64,000 nt of DNA from Trichosphaerium sp. ATCC 40318 (taxonomy: Eukaryota > Protista > Tubulinea), in assembly GCA_038496445.1 (NCBI GenBank), contig JALMLS010000455.1:310001-374000 (forward strand), read 5' to 3'. Under the pieces are notes generated by a model. It saw nothing but the letters and a program-made list of their open reading frames with translations, made no database searches and was not told where the DNA came from. This document shows positions 51,392-62,126 of the stretch, one piece after another. The translations under genes and the position numbers were made by a program. Positions within the stretch are counted from its first letter, which is position 1, and each line of letters opens with the position of its first letter.

Positions 51392-53478
51392 TTACGGTTT
51401 CCATTCTCTGAAGAAACTTATTGTACTGATATCTGAAGGTGTCAAGCGTTTGGCTGTGTTCACAAAATTATCGCCTAAAGGGACGTTAACATTTAAGAGG
51501 TACTATGGAAAAGGATTTGAACTCACCTGCAGTACATATTGAACAATGTTGCCATACAGCAACAGCTGCCACTACTGGAACGGAGTCGGGGCCATGGTAA
51601 TGATACAAAGCAGATCCACTGTGTCCACCATTCATGTCACAATTTGTTCTTACAACCTAATAATAGATATATAAGCTCGACACATTGGTTGAATGTTGAG
51701 TTGCTAACTTACCCTGTTCCATCCATTTGCTATGAAGTTGTATTGACTAAGTTCGCATTCTTTTGTATCTCCATACAAAGCACCATCGACACATGTTGGC
51801 GATGGTGAATTACTTGAGTCACACACAGGATATCCTCTGTTGTAATGATACAAACTTCCCAAAGATGAAGCAGGTTTGGCGACATATCCTTTAACAAATA
51901 GTCAGCAACAAACAATCATGTTTAAAGATGTACCCATCCATCCTGTAAGCTCTCCAATTCTATCTGGTAGGACGAGTATACCCCAGTCGTATTGGGTTGC
52001 AGTATATCCGGAAATAGCTGGATTTCTAATACATGTCAATAAATATCAAGAATGGTGGTTTCAATGTTGTTGCGTACCTCCATTCTACAGGTGTAAAATA
52101 CCATCTGAATGGATCACCAGGTTCAAAGTTTACAGTGATAGTTGATTGTCCATAAGGTCGGTTTGTACCCGAGTTTTCATTTCTACCAGGAATGACAGTA
52201 ACAGTAAACCAGTTGTTTGTTCCTTGAGCATTAATACAGTGTGCTATTCACAAAGAAGTTAAATCGACAGACTTTGATATTAGTGCTTTTTAAAGAATAC
52301 CTGCTGTGAGAACGTGTCTTGGTCCAATGAGAGTACCAGTACATCTTCCAAAGTCAGATATTGTTCTATATCCATGTGAGTGAGTTTGAAGGTACATCAA
52401 ATAAAAACGTGATTGTACCTCCAAGGCCAAAGTGTTGTTGGTTCTCTAAGGATTCTGGAATCATCTGCATTGCTCCATCCTCGTTTTGTTGGTGCACCAT
52501 TTTCATATGAAGGTATTGTATGGGCTTTCTATATTGTGTTAGCGATACATCAAATATAAAGACTAAAGTAGTATTACATACCATAGCACCAGTTAATCCA
52601 TCTCTCAAACGATTTATTTTTTCAAACAAGTTCGATCCAACTTCAATCTCCCACTCAACCTTTGTTCCTAAATTCTGTTGTTAGACTCGAAAGGCTAGTA
52701 CTCTGATAATCTAATTTTATCGTACCAGAGTTGAAAGCAAGCAATCTTGTTCTACTTTGTAAGTCTGTCTTGTCTAGAAAGGGGATTGTTAGAAGACGTA
52801 AATAACAACCAATAAATTGTACCTGTCTCTGTACTACCATCTGTTGCTGTACTATCGAAAGTGTCAGCCTTGCCTGTTGGCATTTCAATACGCTTATCAA
52901 CAAGTTTCCCCGTGCCAACGGGAGTAGCCTAAGAAAAATTAGGTCGACGAACTGTGAAGCAAATGAGACATACAATCAAGTCATCTGTAATTCTGATTGG
53001 TTTGTTTTCTTTTGGCACAATGTTATCAAGAATACTCGATAGTTTTCCAAGACCCAAGGTATCGCAGCTACACTCGCAGTCGCATATACTCCGAACAGGA
53101 TAAGGTACTGTAGGGACATTGTTTGCATCAAAACAAACTTCCTTGCCATCAATTTTTGTATCTCCAGAGGCGATTTGATTCAAATACAAACGGCGTAGAC
53201 TACAAGTACCAAGGGTACCAACAATGATATTCGTGCATGAAGTGGCAAGAGCTGAGTCACAAACACTTTGACATTTTGATACAGCCATCTCTCTTACATT
53301 TTGTAATGCTTCATCCTACGCAAGAATTAAACAATCAAAGCAATGAAAATGACGCTAGAGCGTTAGTACTTACCAATGTGCATCCATAAGTTTTTGCTGT
53401 TACACGATGGCCTTGCGAGTATGCACTTTGTGCATAAAGAGATAGTGTAAAGAACGTTACTAAGATTACCAAACGCAT
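51392..53478 (-). CDS. Secreted trypsin-like (V8-like) serine protease copy B, apparently intact
   Basis: Same exon structure as copy A; H-D-S triad TAAHC / YDWG / GHSGSALYHY. Confidence 0.88.
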
Positions 53479-54059
53479 AAAAGAAAGGTGTTGTTGCTTT
53501 GTTTGTTGTTTGTGGTTTTTGAAAAATGGTTTTGTTGGAAACGGATGTGAATTTCATGTGAACAGTTGCGTCAACACGTGTTCAATAAAAATTTGGGCGT
53601 CCGTTCATGCGCATTCACTGTATTTTCAACGGTCTTCAACAATGTTTCTGGCTTTGATATTAGTCTGCCTTGGAGCCCTGGGAATGTTGTCAACTTGCTT
53701 CTTTTGTCCCTTGGCGTCGTCGTTGTTATTTCAGTTAAATTCTCGCTTTTCTTGAGAGGAGAAGTACCGTTTGGCTTTTTTTGCTTGTTTCTGATTTACC
53801 TTGGCTATGTAGTATTTAATAGAAAGCAAAACAGTCTCGTTTGTTTCCGATCAAATCTGGTATTTGGTTATTTAAATATTCACTTAAACTCTGGTCTTGT
53901 GAATTTGTTCAAGAGAACCTACTAAACCATGCCATTCGGCAAATAAAATCCGCTGAATTAAATCAATCGATTGAAGCAAAATTCAAACGTGGTTAGTTTA
54001 ATCAAACCTTTCTTTTTTTCTTTTTAGTCTTAACATGCCGGTTGGTAGGTGAAGCGTTA

Positions 54060-54651
54060 TTTTAGTAATAGCTCGAAATATCAATGTAATGTCCCACCAA
54101 TTGAAAGTGAAATAGTACGCACATACTGCTTATAGTACAACTGTCTGCTATTGTGTTGTACTTGGATCATTAGATGTTAAATCCAATTTCACCAAACGAT
54201 GGATTGTCTACTTTCTGACAGCACTGTAAGACAGCTTGTGTTCCTTCCATGTCTTTTAGCCTTTCATTTTTTAGTCAAGGTATTAATACTCAATAAAGTT
54301 TCGCATACAGCAGGCAACAAGGATATTTGACGTTTCATTTCTGTGTGAAGCAAAAGTATAGGCAAGTTAAGGTAGAAATATCCAAGTTGGATTTATCGAT
54401 TCTAGGGTACTTAAATACATGCAGATAAATTACATGAGCAAGAGCACTCATACAAGCATCAAGTGCCATACCACAGTCACAATGTCTATCCCATACATTC
54501 CGTTCATTGTATACACAATCTGCAAGCGTTGCAACTTGTAATCCGTCCGGACAAGGACGAGAACTGAACCTTCTACATGCTCTCTATTTTGGTGTATTTT
54601 CTTGAGTGTTAGTCTAACAAATACCAATAAAAGCACAAACACTTTTTTCAT
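54060..54651 (-). pseudogene. Possible secreted Cys-rich gene relic
   Basis: MKKVFVLLLVF followed by Cys-rich fragments (RACRR..CPDG..CDCG..DAC); frame breaks downstream. Confidence 0.3.
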
Positions 54652-54687
54652 ATGTATGTTTCATCAATAGCACTACAAAGCTACGTG

Positions 54688-55028
54688 ATTTTGGGTTCAT
54701 TGAATTGTACTTTGGCATTGCCAATTGCTTTTTACCACAATTTTTTTTCTATTGAAGTTTCGTCTCTTTAAATACCCAATGAAAGTCAACTCATGTCTTT
54801 GCGCTCGGGGTAGTAAGTGTATGATGTGACGTCCTCACGGATCAACACTCATTGCTAATTGAAAACTACAATCCAAGCCTCGTGAATGTGTTCATTCATT
54901 TGTCACATTCCCATTTCTGGAAAAAACAAGTGGTCTATGGCCTCATTGTTTTGTCAAAACATAGTGTATGTAATCACCCTTTATTTAGATCACCATCAAA
55001 CTCTGAAACTACACAATCAAGGATACAT
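54688..55028 (-). repeat. Inverted copy of 29489-29829
   Basis: Direct comparison. Confidence 0.9.
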
Positions 55029-55294
55029 GAAGCATAGAAACTGTGCTACTGTTTACTTTCCTAGCAATTGCAGCAAGCAGTTCCGTGCTTTTCGAGCACA
55101 TAGCTCAACATGTTGAGCGTGTTGTTCAGCATGTTGAGTCTTAGAGCTATTGAGCTTCTTTTTTCCCTCTGTGAGGTCATTTGTTCTTTGATTGTATTTC
55201 TTAAAAATTGTGCCTTAAAAGGAAATAGCATTGCTTTCTCGATGTAGAGAGTTCGTTACGTAGGCACTTATTTTTCACTTCACCAATACAGCAA

Positions 55295-56985
55295 ATGCTA
55301 AAGAAATATCGAGCCAATAGCGTATCACAACCAGAAACAACACTCTTCGACATACCAACAGAGGTTTACATCATAATCTTGGCTTTTCTGGGCAATACGG
55401 ACGCAATAAGAATAATACTGGCTCAAACATGCTGGTTCTTTTCCAGTATCATTCACCAAGACATTGGTTTCTCCATAGCACGTGTTACAAGTGATAAAGA
55501 TTTAAAACGTATAGCACATTATGCAGGAGTTTTAAAGCATACACCTGTCATCTGTAAGTATCGTATTATCCAAGGAGAAAAAAAAACTCAAATCAGTGAT
55601 TCTGGTGTAAAGAAATTAGGTGGTATTATGAATTAGCGATGTTCCAAACGAATAGAATACCGAATCTATCGCCAGAACGTAAAAAGTTGGAAATAGTCGA
55701 ATATATTCCGATTCGGTTTTCAGAGAAGAGCGACTGTGAAACTGAAAGTTGTTGGCTTTTTTTTTAATCACCAAGTGCTTTTTGTTCATCCAAACCACTC
55801 TCATACGTTTTAAAATGCATATTTCTATACATAGAGTGGTTGAAAGCCCTATATTGAGTGAGTTTAAGATATCTACATTTTAGCGGTAAAACTAAGTCAC
55901 AGTAAGCCTAACCGACACTTTTGTTGTGTGAAATTGTGCCAGTGGTGACGTTTTTTTGACAATTAGAGCCAATCTTGAGCCCGCCACGTGATCTATTTTT
56001 TTGCTGTCTCAAAACCACTTTTTAGTACTTTCCACGCGTAGAAATAGCCATCACTTGAGGTAAAACATATTTTAATTTGTAGTTTTATCTATGCACTTGC
56101 TCTATTAAAAAAAAGTCTCAGACGTGTTCGGATGTAAAAAAATGGGTTCAGGACAGCAATAAAGATGTAATTTGTGCCGTTTTATCTCACCACAAAAAAA
56201 GCGAGAAGAATATATTCGAATAAACCAAGAAAATTTGGTTCAAATACGAATTTTGCAATCTATCCGTTTGGAACATCGCTATTATGAATATAACTTTAAA
56301 TTGGTCAAGGGATATCACAGATGATAGTTTGATATGTATGTCAGGTGTACATACTATTCATATTGAAGGGTGTGTTAAAATAACTGATTTTGGTATAAAG
56401 GCACTGGCTGGTGTTCATACTATATCTCTATCAAAGTGTCCTTTGATAACAGATGAAGGTATACAATGCCTTACAGGTGTTCATACAATTAACTTGCAGA
56501 ATACTAATGTGACAAGTGATGGTATCGTTGCTCTTGCTGGTGTTTATTCCATAAACTTATCAAATACTCTTGTTTGTGATAGAGGTATATCTTGCCTGTC
56601 TGGTGTACATACGATAGTACTATCTCATTGTTCTTCAATTACAGATGAAGGTATTAAACATCTTCGTGGTGCTCACACAATCAATTTAAACTCAACTGCT
56701 GTGACAGATGTTGGATTGCAGGCCATTGCTGGTGTACACACTATACATCTTTCCGGGTGTAGGCATATTAGTGATAGAGGTGTAAGGTGTTTGAAAGGAG
56801 TTATTTTTATTGATTTGGACTATAACTCACAAATATCAGAGTACGGCATAGAGCCATTTGAAGAAGAAGTTCATTTTAGGATTGATTACACGTCTATTCC
56901 TAAAAGTATAGTGGCTCGCCTCCAAAAATGGGCCTATAACTATGTTACTACTACAGTAGAAGCGCAAAAGATTTACACTATGTAG
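55295..56985 (+). pseudogene. Intronless F-box-like + LRR (LxGVHTIxL) gene interrupted by a MITE
   Basis: LFDIPTEVYIIILAFL..LAQTC; repeats ITDxGIxxLxGVHTIxL. Removing 55634-56281 plus one TSD copy restores KLGGIMNITLNW. Confidence 0.85.
55634..56281. mobile_element. 648-bp non-autonomous hAT-type element (MITE)
   Basis: 23-bp TIR TAGCGATGTTCCAAACG(A/G)ATAGA; 8-bp TSD TTATGAAT at 55626-55633 and 56282-56289; subterminal CGAAT repeats. Confidence 0.92.
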
Positions 56986-57324
56986 CACCATGAGCGCTTT
57001 AACTTTACCATCATCAACTACCTTGCTAACAAAATGATACGCATATTTTTCCATTTTTACTTCTACAAATAATAAATGGCTGAAGAATCATTGACATCAT
57101 TCTTTTCGAAAACCAGTATGCAACTTCAGTTTTTCAACTTTTGGAAAAAAGCACTCTGCAGTGTTAAAAGTTTTCAGTCATTGTATCATGTGTAGCAAAA
57201 AAAGTGTCCAATTGAATGGCTATACTGTAAATTCAAACAGAAAAAACTGCAGTCAAGGTGTTGAAGCCATTCGTTTTCAATGTTTCCACGTGATACATTT
57301 AGTGTTTTAATATCATGAAGTGAT

Positions 57325-57635
57325 TTAACACATAAGCTTTTCAAGTTGCTGCATGTGTAGTTTCAGATGTTGTACACTTGAAATATGTTCCGGCATAGCA
57401 TTTTTTAATGATACTTTTGCTATAGAAAGGTGACGAACACCAGAAATATACTTAAAGTCATCGTCAGTCATTCCAATATTGAGAATAACTACTTTTGTAT
57501 TTTTTAATATAGGACTTTTGCTTAGATTGTGTAGGTTTTCTTTTGATGTGACAATCACCTTTAAGTACCCCAAATGATTTAATATGATTGCTGAAAACAC
57601 TTTACAAACAAACGTTGAGGATATACGGCAGCTTT
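57325..57635 (-). pseudogene. F-box/LRR relic
   Basis: FVCKVFSAII..MTDDDFKYISGVRHLSI; truncated. Confidence 0.55.
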
Positions 57636-57877
57636 ACAAAACAATATTCAAAGGAATGGTAATTTGTGTCGAAAAACGAAACTTGGCTTTAATTAAAAAC
57701 AGTGCTCATTCCACCACTAGATAAAAAGCGTAATTAATATTAGTATCTTCTACAGTGCTCCTCAGACAATTGCTACACCGTCTATTCTTAAAGTTCTTGC
57801 ATGAGATTTTGGTGACTTACAGGGAATTACAGTGATAGATACTGTATTTTGTATTTATAATCTTTTTTATTTATGTT

Positions 57878-59705
57878 CTAGTAGATTCTTCCACTATTGC
57901 CCTGAGATGAAAGCTCACCATCTGAAGCAGATAGTGTATATGACTTAGTATCACCGTCACCAGCACGCCATTTTTGTAAATCAAATTCTCCTCTATCTCC
58001 AACTCTAACAACTTGTACGTCATCGACAATCAGAGGTCTACCTGGTACACATTCTAATATTTTGTGAGATACAAGCCTTCAAACTTGATTTGTATGCTTG
58101 TAAAGTTGTCAAGACTTCTGAAACAAGCCTGGTAGATTATTTACCGTTATATTTAAAAGTATAGGACACTAGGGTTTGCACTACATTTCGCGAAATTTGG
58201 CGGCATGTTGTATTTCTTCGAAATCTGTTCTTTTGGAGGCCTTTTGTACAATATTTTTGCAGAAAACAGCACATTTTTTAGTCAATCGTGGCTCTAATCA
58301 ATTTCGCGAAAAGCAGTGCAAACCCCTAGCACATGCTACACTCAACGAACTTCTTGACCAGCAAATTTTTTTTTACAAATGTTGATATAAAACAAAAGTC
58401 AAGTTTTTAAGCATCGTACGTTCTGGTTGATTTTTAAGTACTGTAAAGTAACAATAGTTACTTCCTGTTTGTACACTAACTGTACCATAACCATTTTTGT
58501 CAACTCTAACCTAAAATAAACCAAATGAGAAGTCAAAAACCTTCAAACTCATTCTGACTCCATAAAAATCCACTTACAGCTGTACGTTCATCACATGCTA
58601 TACCATAGACAGTATCATCATAATATTCACTAGCACGAGATAGGAAAGTTACATAACGACCCATGCGATCACGTTCATAAAAGTGTGTATCAGTCACAGT
58701 ACGTCTTAAGAATCTAACATCTAGAATGCCTTCATCGAGTGTCATATCCTAATAGTTGTTAAAAAATGACATGTAGCTACTGTGATTACGGGTATTTAAC
58801 CTCTAGTAACACATACTCTGTTAAATGGGTCATCAAGTGCTGCATCAGATGTAACACCACCTCTCAAGGCAGTGTAGGCAAACCTAACTGTGTTAACAAA
58901 AACACATTGTACAGTTTTTTTGTTCTTAAAAAGTACCCTGCTAGAATAGCCATTCCAGCACTTGTACCTCCTAGTACAAGGCCTTCTTCATCCACTCTAT
59001 TTTGTATAGTATCTGAAAGTTTCGTTCCATTCCAATAATTAAAGTACAAGGACTGATCACCTGAAGACAGTGAGTTAAAGGCACATAAAGCATGTTGGAT
59101 TTTTCGTTTAATCTTAGACAAAACTCACCTCCTGCAAAAAAGACGCCGTTTGCGTTAGATACAATATCAAGTACAAAATCATCACTACTAGCTGATCTTT
59201 CTGTTAAAAGTACTAAATGGCACGTGAGCAAAAAATGAATTTCGAAAAAAAGCGTAAAAACGTTTCATCGAAGAAGTTTGATTTTTTACGTACATGTCGA
59301 AACAGATTCAGCTCCAAAGTTATAAGCGTATTCGTTATAAGCGTCAGTGCCTTTAGCACGTAGTACAACTATATTACCACCACCTGCTTGGTTTATGAAC
59401 CACTAGTTTCCTTGTTTAGCCGTTTTTAACTTATACTGGCGTCATAGTGGCGCTTTCTTGCTTGTACGTGCCTTCCACGCTTCGTCTGAGTCCGTACTAC
59501 CTCCTTGTACAAAAAAACCGCCTTCCGAAGCGCTACAATCAACACATGCACCATCGCATCTTCCCTACGCGTTTTTGAGCACAGAGTGTACGTTTGCGTG
59601 CTTTTCTACCTTACACCACCATTCCCAACCATCACCTTTCTTGTGGTTATCTGCGACAACTGCCGAAACAGCAATTAGGAGAACTACTATCGAAAAACGT
59701 ATCAT
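57878..59705 (-). CDS. Secreted cyanophycinase-like peptidase (S51, CphE-type)
   Basis: Signal peptide; QGGSTDSDEAWKWF..GGGNIVVLRA; FFAGGDQSLY; GGTSAG (nucleophile Ser); DTHFYERDRMGR; GIACDERTA. Confidence 0.9.
58170..58328. mobile_element. ~160-bp MITE inside an enlarged cyanophycinase intron
   Basis: TIR TAGGG(G)TTTGCACT(A/G)C(A/T)TTTCGCGAAATT; no clean TSD. Confidence 0.7.
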
Positions 59706-61060
59706 TGCTGTTACAAACAAGGAACAATGCTAGGATATGGCTTAATTGCCAAATCCATTTTCGCCCAAATCCCCGTATTTATCTGAATTTTACTAGGGTT
59801 AGGGTTTCGGAAGGCCACGAACCGGACTGAAAGTGCTCGGGAACAGTAGATACAATGTATTTATTGTGTTTGCAAACATGTTTGTCGTTTTTACAGATAC
59901 AAAATTTCGCTGACACTTGACGCGTTATGTGTTGGTTTATTTACTCCTGTGATTGCGTAAAAACAACTTAAAAAATGACTCCGACGTTCATAGACAAAAA
60001 AAAAAGTTCGCTCTCGTACCCACGTGCCCAGCCCGCTATCACATTAATAGAGTAGCCTCTACGTAGCAGGTCCAAAGCCTCCAGCATTGTTTGAGCTCAA
60101 AAAGTAGATGTGATGGGTTATTTTTAAAATAAAACGGTAAAAACGTACTAAATTGAGTTTTTATCGCACCAAAAATCATACAAGAAACTAGCACATCTCA
60201 TGGGAACGCAAGAGCTTCATAGGTGGAGGTGATAAATAGTACACGCGATTTTTGTTGACGGGATTAGCCAATATTCCACACCCTCAATAAATAGTTATGT
60301 ACTCCCACCTACTTAGTTAAAAAATGTGAAACCAAAAGACTGATCAATACAAGCTATCAAAACAGCTATGTCTACTTTCGGTAAACCTTGATACCTGCTC
60401 AAGGTTTACCTAGACGACTCAAGGGCACTGGCGCTCGCATGGGCTTAGCGTGTAGATTGAATAAAAGAATCTTGTATTCACACGAACAAAAAAGAGTTAC
60501 GTACTCCCCCCTACCTAGACGACTAAACAAGAACGCTGTAAAAAGGTGGTACACTATCACGTGATGATGCAGAACTAAAACTGAAGTACAAAAAGTCTGT
60601 CATTTTTGGTCCTATACAACCACCTATCTAAACAAAAACTAGCACTAAACCCTAAATAAATCATTACAATAAACTGTCCTCAACTTACCCCTATCTAACT
60701 AAACGTCATACCTGAAAATTATTTCTACGCTCTAGATTCAAGTTACATCAAGTGGCCGCTTGTAAAGTAATGGTCAAGCACGTTATAACTGGTAAAAAAA
60801 AGAGTACGGTACTACACCCTAGAACAATGCTAAATTGGAAGTTAAGTCAACCCAGCTCTTCCAAATGGTCTGAGCATTATTTCTACTCTACAAAGAAATA
60901 TCTACACTATTCTCGTCTAATCGTGTTTAGTTGACATGACACTTAAGAAAATAATGAGAAAAACGTCACAAGCTGTGAAAGAAGTTGTTGGTGACCTTGC
61001 TGATGAAGCCTGGATAGTATTAATGATGCATGCCTATGAACTTATTGAGATAAAGGCGAA

Positions 61061-61759
61061 CTAAAAACCATTAGCTGGAGCAGTAGTACAAAGGCGAACA
61101 AGAGAGTACAAGGGCTGGCTGGTTATTTTTTTGTTTTGTTTTAATTCACATTTTATGATACATCTTCTACTAATACAATACCACTAACAGTATTAAAGTG
61201 CTTTTGTTGAAGCTTAGCTCCATCTGTTAAATAGTCTTCAAAGTCTTTCTCCAACTTTTGTTTTTTACGTTGTTGTTTTTCTAGCTTTGCTTCAAGTGCG
61301 GCGTATTTCGCTTGTAGTTGCTTGTAGTCTTCTGCTAGATCGTCGTATTTTCGTTTTAATGACTTGTTGTGTATTACTTGTGTTGCTAGTTCCTCAATGG
61401 CAGCTTTTATTGGCTCCTAAAGAGTACGCGTTAAAAAATTTTCAGCTGAGTCAAAAGAACGCCAAAACAGCCAAAACTAGCCGGCTTTCACTAATTTCTC
61501 GCCCTTTACACAACCTTACAGTCGCAAGAAAGAAAAGAGCTTCCAACGGTAGTTTTTAACCGTTTTTAAAAGGCAGTGGCCTCTAATAGGCTTTTCGCCC
61601 TTCACACAACCTTACAGTCGCAAGAAAAAAGACAATAGAGGGTACACCGCCGCTTTTGCGCTGAAAACAATCGCGTGCCTGTATCTTGCTAGTATACTTA
61701 AACGTAAGGTCCCGTATTGCCTTTTGAGTGGTAACATTGCTTTCGTGCGCAGTTGCCAT
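61061..61759 (-). CDS. Small hypothetical coiled-coil protein (model needs a GC-AG first intron)
   Basis: MATAHESNVTTQKAIRDLTFKYTSKIQ | EPIKAAIEELATQV..DYKQLQAKYAALEAKLEKQQ..; last exon uncertain. Confidence 0.45.
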
Positions 61760-62126
61760 CTAAAACAACTATACAGTGATAAAAACCGTCTATTGTTGTA
61801 TCGAAAGCCTTATTGTAGTGTGTACTGTTTTTTAGACTTGTCAACGTTTTTCTACTTTTTTTTGTGGAGGATTTTTGACATAATTTTGTTTGAAACTCAG
61901 TTACAAAGACTTGACTCCTGTGCAACGGTTTGAAGTAGTTTAGAGCCGTAGTGAGGAGTAGCTATAAGACATAAAAGACTGCTGGCAGTACGTCAACTTT
62001 TTGAAAAACAATTTCTGAGTGGCTGTTAAGCCACAGTCGGCAAGCTGTTTCTCGCTACTTTACCCAAGCGTTTAAACTATCGCAATGAGGCGTTTATTTA
62101 GCACAAGGATTAATTGAAGCGGTTAA

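Noticed and set aside
55634-56281. MITE acting as a spliceable introner
   Set aside because: No GT/GC...AG pair at the element ends that would restore the reading frame.
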